NCBI RefSeq assembly: GCF_001194135.2
Contig: NC_068997.1
Location: 29,996,670-30,038,402, forward strand
Length of the DNA stretch: 41,733 nt
Reading direction: 5' to 3'
Origin: Octopus bimaculoides
Taxonomy: Eukaryota
A program made the position numbers and the translations under genes. Below the pieces are notes generated by a model, which saw only the letters and a list, made by a program, of their open reading frames with translations, was not told the DNA's origin and ran no database searches. Numbering within the stretch: position 1 is the first letter of the stretch; the number at the start of each line of letters is the position of its first letter. Below, one piece after another: positions 1-9,959 of the stretch.

Positions 1-337
1 AATGGAAAAACTTTCAAAATACAAAGACCTGGAAATAGAGATAACTCGAATGTGGAATCTAAAAACAGAAACAATTCCTATCATAGTAGGTGCCTTAGGT
101 ATAATAAAAAAATATTCAGACAAATACATAACAAAAACACCAGGACTTACAAATATATATAACATACAGAAAATTGCACTACTGGGTACTGCACACATTC
201 TACGCAAAACACTTTCAATACAGTAAACATAAGAGCACCACAGCAAACCACAGCACATACCCAAGGCGCACAGAGCTGCGCTCGGTAGTGAAGTGAAAGC
301 CCGTTATAAAAATAAAACTACTGAACAATAATAATAA
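1..337 (+). mobile_element. 3' end of R4/Dong-clade non-LTR retrotransposon (RLE endonuclease C-terminus, 3' UTR, (AAT)n tail)
   Basis: ORF 2-226 KYKDLEIEITRMW...IPIIVGALG...ALLGTAHILRKTL is the typical RLE-domain end; followed by short UTR and AATAATAATAA at ~327-337. Confidence 0.85.
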
Positions 338-338
338 C

Positions 339-530
339 AAGCTGGCAGAATCGTTTGAATACTTAGCGGTATTTTGTCTGCCGCTACGTTCTGAGTTCAA
401 ATTCTGCCGAGGCCGACTTTGTCCTTCATCCTTTCGGGGACGATTAAATAAGTACCAGTTATACACTGGGATCGATGTAATCGAATTAATCCCTATCCCC
501 AAATTTGAGGCCTTGTGCTTCCAGTGGAAA
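339..530 (+). mobile_element. Octopus-type tRNA-derived SINE, 5' truncated
   Basis: GCTGGCAGAATCG...GTTCTGAGTTCAAATTCTGCCGAGG (B-box-like)...AAGTACCAGTT...GGCCTTGTG; homologous copies at 6430-6610 and 20950-21262 on the minus strand. Confidence 0.8.
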
Positions 531-970
531 TTTGTCTAGTGGTTGTAGCGAAAGAGGTAGTATGGTGGACCCGTTTGAAAGGGCTAAAGCTCTCATCAAC
601 TTTTTCAAGTTTCATGTGAAAAGGAAATTGAGGGTGGAGAGGGAAGTGTTGCCTTGTAGTAAGTTTGTTGAAAGGAGGGTGAATGTTGGAAGAATGGCCA
701 GTGTGAAAAGACCAATTCTGATCGTGCACCTGTAAAAAATAAAAGGGAATTTAAGGAGAAGAGCTCTTTTCCTGTTGATCAGGCTTTTGTGGGGTTTTCC
801 ACGAGGACCTTAAAGCGCCTCTCTTATTGGGGGTTTAAATTGTGCAACTTTTTTGTTATTACATTGTATATATACGCGAAAACCCATTGTATCATCCTGT
901 TTTCGTCTTTAATGTTACATGTCGTTTAATGATTTGTATGTGAGCCCCTGTGACCATTAAAAGAATTAAC
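531..970 (+). mobile_element. 3' end of Tx1/L1-clade LINE (ORF2 C-terminus plus 3' UTR) followed by (ATT)n
   Basis: ORF 505-735 LINFFKFHVKRKLRVEREVL...KFVER resembles Tx1 ORF2 terminus; (TAT)n tract 971-997; related Tx1 pieces at 7430-8900 and 29768-30520. Confidence 0.6.
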
Positions 971-1141
971 TATTATTATTATTATTATTATTATTATTTC
1001 TTAACTCAATATTTATCATCTATTTATTATTATTATTCACTAATCCAATATAATAAAACGGTCCACTACAACCGGACACACCCGCCATTCTTACGAGAAA
1101 GAAAAGAAGAAAAAATTCATTTATCCATTTTCTTCTTTCAG

Positions 1142-1369
1142 GAAAATGCCCCTTGGATATAGTTGACAACGCTTTTCTCCCTGGTAACAATGATATTGAG
1201 ACGTCTGTTCTTAGTTATACGATGTGTTTCTATAGGTGTGAGGAAAAACCAAATTGTCAATCGTTTGACTACGGTATAAGTGATAGAAGATGCATTTTGT
1301 CAAGTAAAAATCATAATGATTCTGTTGCGTGGTATGGCGCACAAACACTTTACACTGAAATAAGCAGAG
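1142..1369 (+). CDS. Copy A internal exon: PAN/Apple domain (KCPLDIV...CFYRCEEKPNCQSFDY...RCILS...YTEISR)
   Basis: Pyrimidine tract + CAG acceptor ending 1141, GTAAGT donor at 1370; 228 nt, phase 1-1, open; C-x3-C-x5-C-x-x-F-x-Y...C PAN core; paralogous exon at 35158-35388. Confidence 0.9.
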
Positions 1370-2323
1370 GTAAGTGCAAAGTTGCTTTATATTTTATTGC
1401 ACTTTTAGTCATAGTTTAGGTAAACAATACTGCGGCCCCACCTTTAGCTGTTGTGTGTGTGCGTGCGCGCGCGCGCGTGTACTATATATATATANNNNNN
1501 NNNNNNNNNNNNNNNNNNNNNNNNNNNNNNNNNNNNNNNNNNNNNNNNNNNNNNNNNNNNNNNNNNNNNNNNNNNNNNNNNNNNNNNNNNNNNNNNNNNN
1601 NNNNNNNNNNNNNNNNNNNNNNNNNNNNNNNNNNNNNNNNNNNNNNNNNNNNNNNNNNNNNNNNNNNNNNNNNNNNNNNNNNNNNNNNNNNNNNNNNNNN
1701 NNNNNNNNNNNNNNNNNNNNNNNNNNNNNNNNNNNNNNNNNNNNNNNNNNNNNNNNNNNNNNNNNNNNNNNNNNNNNNNNNNNNNNNNNNNNNNNNNNNN
1801 NNNNNNNNNNNNNNNNNNNNNNNNNNNNNNNNNNNNNNNNNNNNNNNNNNNNNNNNNNNNNNNNNNNNNNNNNNNNNNNNNNNNNNNNNNNNNNNNNNNN
1901 NNNNNNNNNNNNNNNNNNNNNNNNNNNNNNNNNNNNNNNNNNNNNNNNNNNNNNNNNNNNNNNNNNNNNNNNNNNNNNNNNNNNNNNNNNNNNNNNNNNN
2001 NNNNNNNNNNNNNNNNNNNNNNNNNNNNNNNNNNNNNNNNNNNNNNNNNNNNNNNNNNNNNNNNNNNNNNNNNNNNNNNNNNNNNNNNNNNNNNNNNNNN
2101 NNNNNNNNNNNNNNNNNNNNNNNNNNNNNNNNNNNNNNNNNNNNNNNNNNNNNNNNNNNNNNNNNNNNNNNNNNNNNNNNNNNNNNNNNNNNNNNNNNNN
2201 NNNNNNNNNNNNNNNNNNNNNNNNNNNNNNNNNNNNNNNNNNNNNNNNNNNNNNNNNNNNNNNNNNNNNNNNNNNNNNNNNNNNNNNNNNNNNNNNNNNN
2301 NNNNNNNNNNNNNNNNNNNNNNC

Positions 2324-2910
2324 CTGTATAGTAATTCTCTTGCCCCAAATATAAACAACTATACAGCTGATCTGAGACGAGATAAGAGTTGGGGTACGGT
2401 TTCCCATAACGTACCGGTAAGTTGACTTACGGTCAATTCCAAGCAGATTCCAAACTCATGGCTGAAAAACAATAAAAGGCACTGTTATAACATCAAATTT
2501 AAACTAGGAGTCGTAGCAAACACAAAAGACCACGGTAATAGGGGAGCCTGCTGGGTATTTTGGTCCACCACCAACCGAGAAAAAAATGCTAAGACTAGGA
2601 GGAAACAGGAAGAGTAGCTACAAGTTGCTAAACGTAGCAAACACCGCCTCCGTAGGGGAGTCGTAAAGTGGTCTGAACGAGAAGAAGGTGAGTGTAAAAC
2701 TGCATATGATTTCATACTTTATTCCTCTGTACTGTCACTTTATCGTATTTCATGCGCAGAATCATACAATTGTCACCACAAAACCACTTTAACATATCAT
2801 TGAATAAATCTATGATGAAACATACTAAAATTATTGTTTTCCGCAAAATATCCTTGTAAAATGAGGATGCGTCTTATGTGAGGGCGCGTGCAATGCGACG
2901 GAAAATACGG
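2324..2910 (+). mobile_element. Internally deleted pogo-family (Passer-like) DNA transposon in the intron of copy A
   Basis: Near-identical to 16782-17143 joined to 18171-18393; remnant YNIKFKLGVV..DHGNR Brinker-like DNA-binding motif; right end ...GGAAAATACGG. Confidence 0.75.
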
Positions 2911-3131
2911 CATATATATATACATACACATATATATCGTATTTGTAATTAAATTTCATGGATGGGCTTTATGAATATTTTAATGCAGCGCTACGCGAGT
3001 TTCCACAAATCACGTATTACTTGTGATCATTGTCCGTATTCCGGAGATGATTACGGTATATTCCATAGTATGATCGACATCGGGTGGATCATAGTTTCTG
3101 CGTTCTTTCATCATTTTTTTTTCCATTTCAG

Positions 3132-3218
3132 AACTTTGGAATGATTTCAATCAGTCACATACATTGGAGGACATCAACGCCGCAGGATGTGCTTTCGGTT
3201 CCTATTTTATCCTTGATA
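3132..3218 (+). CDS. Copy A short linker exon (ELWNDFNQSHTLEDINAAGCAFGSYFILD)
   Basis: TTTTTTTTCCATTTCAG acceptor, GTAAGA donor, 87 nt phase 1-1, no stop; the B paralog keeps both splice sites and differs by an in-frame 9-nt indel. Confidence 0.8.
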
Positions 3219-3964
3219 GTAAGACCGTCATTTTTATTTAGTTGTTTATTTTTAGTGTTCTTTGATTCTGTGTCTTNNNNNNNNNNNNNNNNNNNNNNNN
3301 NNNNNNNNNNGTTCCTGATCTTTTACTCATCGATCTTCTGTCTCCAGTGCACGCCGAACAAAACTGAAGATTTTAAATATCTCTTTCTTCCGCAACGCAA
3401 AAGATAAAGAAATTTATAAATATCGCTTTCTTCTTCATCGCATGATTATTTCTACTTAGCGTCTTAATTTTTAGTTAAATAGATAATAAATAAATTAATA
3501 ATTAATAGTCTTGCAAAAAAGATGTAGTAAAACAAACACACAAGTACATTTAAAATCTGGCAGATGGGTTAATATTAATCCTCGTTGTCAATAAAAATCT
3601 CAACACGCTTCATTAATAACTTGTTCAAAAATACTCCAATACATCTCGCTGGTAATACGAGAATCTCTCTGCCTTCTAGATAACCAGCCACATACCCCTT
3701 CTCCCTCTCCCCTCATAATGCTATTTCACCAACCAAATTCCGCATAAATTATTATTCCCAATCCTTCCTTTCTAGATTATGCAACACTCAGGAACTCACT
3801 CCCTACTCACACTAACCTAAAGATTGCAAACGGAATATCCATAACATCGATCTATCGAATCAATAGACCACATCTATTCGTTTCCCTTGTACCTTGTCAA
3901 TGAAGAGCAATAATTTATGTTCTTATATCTCTTGTGTTCTCTCTTACATTTTTTTCTGTTGCAG

Positions 3965-4155
3965 AAAAAGAAATTAATGGCCAGACAACTTATTCAACTT
4001 TTTCCTTCAAACCAAATTCACATCACAACCTTGTAATCGAGGCCCAAGTGGACGCCCGCTCGGTCTTGGATTGTTCACGTTTATGTATGTTATCTTCTAC
4101 ATGTACCGCCTTTTCATATACTAACACTAAGTGCCTGCTAAAGAAACTGATCTGA
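3965..4155 (+). CDS. Copy A terminal exon: second PAN/Apple-like domain (KEINGQTTYSTF...CSRLCMLSSTCTAFSYTNTKCLLKKLI*)
   Basis: TTTTTCTGTTGCAG acceptor, phase 1, TGA 4153-4155, four-Cys PAN core, AATAAA at 4271. Confidence 0.88.
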
Positions 4156-4270
4156 ACTTCAATGGAATTCACTCCAAAATTATTTACTTCTCAATGAAAT
4201 GTGAGCAAGATTTCAACGGATCATGTTTGCATATAATAATTATATAAGATAAAAAGTGTGTTTCTTTGTG

Positions 4271-4276
4271 AATAAA
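4271..4276 (+). promoter_or_regulatory. Polyadenylation signal, copy A
   Basis: AATAAA ~115 nt after the stop codon, conserved in position in copies B and C. Confidence 0.6.
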
Positions 4277-5399
4277 ATATCAATTTAATTCAGATATTTA
4301 TTTTGTTAATTTATTTTCATTGCTAACGCTTTTCATTCTAAATTAGTCCAATCACACATTGGACGATTTATAAGATTATTAAATTTGCCTTGTAGCAATG
4401 AAGCAATTGGGCGTTATTTTATCGACCTTCAAAGAATGAAACACTAAGTTAACCTGGACAGCATTTGATTTCAAAACGTAACTGGTCTTAACTAAATGCC
4501 AGAAGCAGTTAAACCGAATCTTTAATGCTTCTTACCCATCATCTGAATAATATATGAGATAAAATAATTACATTTGATTGATTTCCCTTGAAAAGTGAAA
4601 TGATTTGTTATTCAAACTAAAAAAAGAAAAAAACCAAATTGAGGAAAGTAATATCGAAAACTTTTCTGAAGAATATGGTAAACAGTTTACGGGAATTATT
4701 GTACGCCCATTCCTATGTAAGAAAGCACCAAAAATCTTAGGTAATATGATTGTTAATTTGAGTTTTAGCTCTGGTCTCTCAGAAACTATTTAAGCTGGCT
4801 GATCTAAACTGTCTTTATCAAGGATTATAAAACCAAATTAAAATCGAATAGTGGAAAACGCGTCTGGAGAGGTGCATTAAATCCAGAAGTTACTCAATAT
4901 CCAAAGAATTTTTCACAGATAATATTGTCAAATTCTCGGTGAAGAACGCCTAAGAGCAGTTTAATTTTCGAAATGACTATTATTTCATGCAAAATTAATG
5001 TAAGTTTTAAGACTTAGTCAAGACTTAAGCTAGCAATTCTTAGATTACTGATGTCATAATATAGAGAAACCTTTTGTACAAAATATTCTGTCGCGTGACG
5101 CTAACGCACGGACGTAGCAGGAAATGTAGAACATGTTCTAAACTTAATCACGTGTTCATTCTCTTCAAACACTTGACCGAAAACATTCTGAGCATTGATC
5201 GTTTGGACATGTTCGGTCAACCGTATCAGCCTTAATTTACGGCGCTAAACATTGTCACTTGATCCCAACACGCACACGTAGTAGGGAACCTAAAGAAATT
5301 TCCAAGATATATATATATCCGTTTTTAAGGCCAGCCATGTGACTATCCTCTATCAATCAAATCCGATTCAAAGCGTATACTAATTTGAGTCATGAACTC

Positions 5400-6150
5400 G
5401 CCTATAAAAATAGGGGCAAGCTTCAAACACTAGTCAGTAGCAAGACAGCTGTAACATAGGCCACTTCTTTGTTTCAACTTTCTCATTACTGACACATAGG
5501 CAACGTGTTATATATTCCGGTACCGCAACAATTAGAGATATAAACCTGAATTTGTAATCGGGGTGGAGTAACAGTAAATTTCTCAATAATTCAGCGTAGG
5601 TATTCTCTTTTTTGCTGATCTTTATGTTAACGTCCGCTGGACAGCTAATTTCCACAACTGTACACAGTTTCTCCTCTCCATCCTAGTTCTATTATGCTTA
5701 AATTTTATTGAGGTTTTCACTGGGACATTCAATCAGTGCTCCTTATTATGAATGGCTATCGCCTCTACCAAACTGTGGATTCTTATTTCTTTGGGCTCAG
5801 GGTTATCCTTCCGACGGATCTTATTGTACAGTGTCTTAGTCACATCATATTACATATACCGCGATGACGTTTTCGAACGACTGCTTATGATGTGGGTAAT
5901 ATCATGGTGTTAACTCCAGAAAGTCTGCAGCAGTTATCATATTTTGGTATTTTACCTGCGTCTGTGAACCTTTTGTGCATCAAGCATTTGGCTGATACTT
6001 CATATTCTTGGATTGCAAAAACATAGCGTTTCATGTGAGAGTTTGTAGTCCGGTCGTTGGTCCATGGTAGATCGCTTTTATGAGCAATGTGCTATTGTTT
6101 TCGTTATCTACATTCCAACATGGAGCTCTGTATATTTGTTAGAAACAAGC
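5400..6150 (-). mobile_element. Degenerate RLE-type non-LTR retrotransposon fragment (zinc knuckle plus endonuclease)
   Basis: Minus-strand translation gives CCRL...DITHIISS knuckle remnant and EISCPADVNI...KENTYAELLRNL...YKFRFI; clade (NeSL/R2/R4-like) not resolved. Confidence 0.7.
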
Positions 6151-6429
6151 TCCTTTTTCAGAGGATGAATTTAAATGATTGAATACAGAAGAGACATAAT
6201 ACATACATGCATATATACATGCATACATACATACATACATACATACATACATGGATGCATGGATGGATGAACTGGGGACAATCGCTTAAATTGTATAACT
6301 GGTTCTTATTTTTTCCGCCCTGCTGGGATAAATGAGTCCAACCAAATTTGAAATCCAGACGTAGAGGAATGTGATAACGTGCATTAACTCATCGTTTCTA
6401 TCCATTCGCTGCCATTGTCACTCCGGTAT

Positions 6430-6610
6430 ATTGGTTTCAAAGGCCAGCAATTTCGAGGGAGAATTTAAGTCGATTACATGGACCCCACTGTTCAACTGGG
6501 ACTTATTTTTATCGACTCCTAAACAACAAATGGCCAAGTCGACCTTGGTGAAATTTGAACTCAGGAGGCAGAGACGAAAGAAATGCCTCTAAGTATTTTG
6601 TCCATCACAC
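6430..6610 (-). mobile_element. Degenerate SINE of the 339-530 family
   Basis: AGTCGATTACAT...AAGTCGACCTTGGTGAAATTTGAACTCAG is the reverse complement of the SINE core. Confidence 0.7.
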
Positions 6611-6929
6611 TAACGACCCTGCCAACACGTCACATTATTACTACAGTATATTAAAGAGTGTCGACTTGTTTTGCAGTATCTTGTTTTGATGTTACATTTA
6701 GGCGATGTTAATGTTAAACGCCCTTTGTTCAATATATTCATTTACAATGGTTTGTCATAAATCAACGAAGTGACTCTGTTTTTTTTCTATTTAATTGCGA
6801 TTAGCAAATATTCATTGATTAATTGATAACATTAATCAATTGGAAGGCTATTTATTATTCATTTGATAGCGATTTTATGAACAACAGTGTTGTTGGTTAC
6901 AAGGCTTTTAATAAAACTTTCAATAAAGA

Positions 6930-7011
6930 ACGAGAGAGAGAGAGTGACAGAGGGACAGAGAGAGAGAGAGAGAGAGAGTGAGAGAGAGAGAGTGAGAGAG
7001 AGAGAGAGAGA
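6930..7011. repeat. (GA)n microsatellite
   Basis: Direct reading. Confidence 0.95.
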
Positions 7012-7190
7012 AAGGCGTATCTGTACCTTTATACGTGTTCACTATAATCGTCGTATTTGTCATTTGTAAGTGCGTTTTGCTTTTGTCTTANNNNNNNNNN
7101 NNNNNNNNNNNNNNNNNNNNNNNNNNNNNNNNNNNNNNNNNNNNNNNNNNNNNNNNNNNNNNNNNNNNNNNNNNNNNNNNNNNNNNNNNN

Positions 7191-7228
<38 letters not shown>

Positions 7229-7237
7229 GCTACTACT
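7191..7237. repeat. (CTA)n microsatellite, gap-flanked
   Basis: Direct reading. Confidence 0.95.
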
Positions 7238-7429
7238 AATTTCACGGACCATCCGGCGTTTCGGTGCCAGCCATAAATATCTTCACACTCGGTAATAATA
7301 TCCTCTTGTTTCCTTTTTTAATTTTTTCATTGATTTCAAGGTAATCTTGTCTATTTTGCTTATTTATTTTATCATCTCTTATGCTTCAGCTATTATTGTT
7401 ATCGTTTTCAAATTCATACCTCTTATATT

Positions 7430-8900
7430 CCCATATGAGGTTGTGACTGCCCTGGTCAAAGCTATCAGTATGGACCGCCTGGTCAAATCTACCTGATTAT
7501 CTTTTGAGAGATTTCCCCAAGGTACTACAAGCAGCAATGGAGGAGATTACTCCAGTTCACCACATAGTTTAATCGCTAAAGTAGGCGAAAAATTTCCTTT
7601 TTCTTCCTCTTCTACCGTCCTAACAACTCTGAGAGTAGAATGTATGAATGCAAGTGGACGGTAATTCCCCCTGGAAGCTTTGTCATCTACTCAATAAGTA
7701 CAGGTAACTGGGTTTTGAGGAGGTAGCCATCAGAGAAACCAACATTTCCAAGAAACAATTTACGCGCCCGTTTTTGTTTAATTTGAAATCTCCACGTCTC
7801 TTTGTTGACCTGCAATGGGAAGCGGAATGGCAGTGTTGTTTGGGAAAGGACTGGATCTTGAGATCAGGCCAATCTTCCCAGAAGTGGTCAGCAAGTTGGT
7901 GGTTCTTGCCGTTGGAAGTAGCGAAAAGTGGTGCTTCCAGATCTGTGGCTATCAATTCTTCTCCAATAGAAGGGCGGCCAAATTTCTTCAGGCGTTGGGC
8001 GGTGTTCCTGAGAACATCTTCATTACACATCTGAACTGTGAGGCTGATAAGAGAAGATGCAAAAGTCTTGTAAACCTGCTCAGTCGTTTCCATATGACTG
8101 ACAACTGGATTACCTGAATGCACCAATGTAGACATGGACGTCGGGCCATCTTGGTCTTATCTAGATAGATTTTTCTGTATTTTAGAAGAAGACAAGAATA
8201 GCATATGTTGTCCACAATTTAAAGTAGTCGGCTTCACAGAACACACATTTGTGATCTGTACGGTGGATGTAGATAAGCACCGTTGGCAGTGCTTGTATAC
8301 TAGAAGCCGAATGCATCTTTCCCAGTGCGCCAAGCTTTCAGAGACATGTTAGTAAGTTAGGCGTCAGGAGTTGACAGGTGTTATCGTCTACAACTGATGA
8401 TGGATGACTATAAAAAGGGCTCCTAGAATCGAGAATTTAGTAGAGTATTAGCGATAAAGAAATCTAGAGACCCAGTTACGAAGCTACAACAAGCATTTCG
8501 GAACGGGAGAGCAACCGACATGCTGGTGGCGAGATTGGTTCTTGATCTATTTTTCAAGCACGACGTTTGATTTGTCGAATCTAGGGAGTGTGCTGTAACG
8601 CATGAAGAAACAAAAGCTCTTGGATGCGCCTGAGTTGAAGAGGCACAATATGGCAACAACGCCACAGTTCGGTCTTTGGCGTGTTACGACGGGCTATTGC
8701 TACTCTTGTCTAGGCAAATATCAGTGGCATTCCAGCGGCACTTCGCTGAACTCTACGGGCGTGCGATTAACTAGAGATAGTGGTAGATTTTACCCTTTTC
8801 CCCTCACGACAGTCTGCCGCCGCTTATAGCTAGGTATGTGGAGTTTTTCGAAACAGCGGTATTACACGAATCAATGACGAGGGCGAAGTCTACCCTTTGA
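7430..8900 (+). mobile_element. Degenerate Tx1/L1-clade LINE: AP-endonuclease domain and following region
   Basis: Frame-shifted pieces MAVLFGKGLDLEI..KLVVL, GRPNFFRR..VFL, SYLDRFF..CPQFKVVGFTEH match Tx1 EN motifs; boundaries approximate. Confidence 0.75.
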
Positions 8901-9249
8901 GTTTATATTCATATAACAGGCTTGTTTGGTGATTTATTGATAAATGTCTACCGCTATTTGCAGCAGGGTAGGAGAAATCCCAATCCGGTGAACCGAGGTG
9001 CGGTGGTGCTTCATTATCCTTTGACATTATCCTTGAAGTCTAGTGTTATTTCTCCATGTCTTATCTATTGTGGAACATCACGCCCTTTCAAAAGTCAGGT
9101 AAAATGGTTTGCAATTCTCAAATGAAGTTTTGTAAATACTTTAATCCAATATACCTCCAATAACTCTGCTGCCTTCGAATTTTTCATTTTTTTGTTTGTT
9201 CTTCCATTGTTGTTTGTGCTATTATGATGTTTTCATGTCTGTTTCTACC

Positions 9250-9955
9250 ATTCATATTCTCTTCAACTTTTCTCAACCAATTAACTTCATCATCATGCAC
9301 GACTGGTTGATCCTAGATCTAACCTCAAGCTGTACACTCTTCCTTGTTCGGTATGGCACTATGGTCTTGAATCTCTTTCTCTAACCTTTCGAACAATTTT
9401 TCGATGATTCAACTACATAATCCTGTTCTGTATAAATCATTCTGTATGTCTGACATATCTTGCTAGCTATCCTGATCTTGCAATAATTTTCTTCGACCTC
9501 TTCAATAGCAACTTCAATTCCTTTTCTGTGTATTTTGTATTTTCTTTCCAACTGATCTTTAATTCTAATGTTTTGAAGTTCATTGTTTCTCCAAATTTTA
9601 ATCTATTCATATCGTTTCGCAATTTTGCAACCTTCTCTGCTATTTTTTTCTGAACCTTGGTTCTTGTTTGTGTCTTCTTGTCTGATGTTTTATTCTAAGA
9701 TATTCAGCAGTTACACATGCAGCTTCTTTGAGCAGTTTATTCGTTTCAGTGATGTCAGCAGATTGTTTGTATCCTAATACTTTGTTGACTTGATTCGCCT
9801 TATCTCTCATTTTTTTTTCCTGTTTACGTTCTTCAAATTTGTTGGCTGTTCCTTCATTACCATCTGTTCCACAATTTCTTCTGCTATTTTGATTTCTTAA
9901 TCTTCAATTCCTCTGCTTTTCAATTCTCTCCCAGTGATTTCTCTATCCATATTCA
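9250..9955 (-). mobile_element. Fragment of a second, divergent R4/Dong-like LINE (pre-RT region)
   Basis: Minus translation (NKVLG..DITETNKLLKEAA..KDQLERKYKI..GIEVAIEE) is paralogous to ORF 12574-13347. Confidence 0.6.
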
Positions 9956-9959
9956 GTAT

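Noticed and set aside
1370-1419. Read-through of the PAN exon donor gives GKCK (A) and SKCK (B), which looks like a sixth PAN Cys plus a hydrophobic tail
   Set aside because: It arises from the consensus donor GTAAGT plus shared ancestry; the downstream tails are not conserved, and the linker exon provides a Cys
2681-2695. Perfect donor AAG/GTGAGT at the pogo deletion junction, suggesting exonisation
   Set aside because: No convincing in-frame acceptor upstream; the AAG is simply the microhomology of the ~1-kb deletion
2962-3407. ORFs MGFMNILMQ... and MDHSFCV..., repeated at 18337-18917
   Set aside because: Duplicated intronic DNA read in frames other than the linker-exon frame; not conserved in copy B
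4605-4793. Identical 62-aa ORF here and at 26323-26511
   Set aside because: TTG start, lies beyond the polyA signal and is disrupted in copy C; identity reflects near-identical DNA, not coding constraint
7683-8135. 150-aa minus-strand ORF
   Set aside because: Antisense to the Tx1 endonuclease remnant; no independent motif
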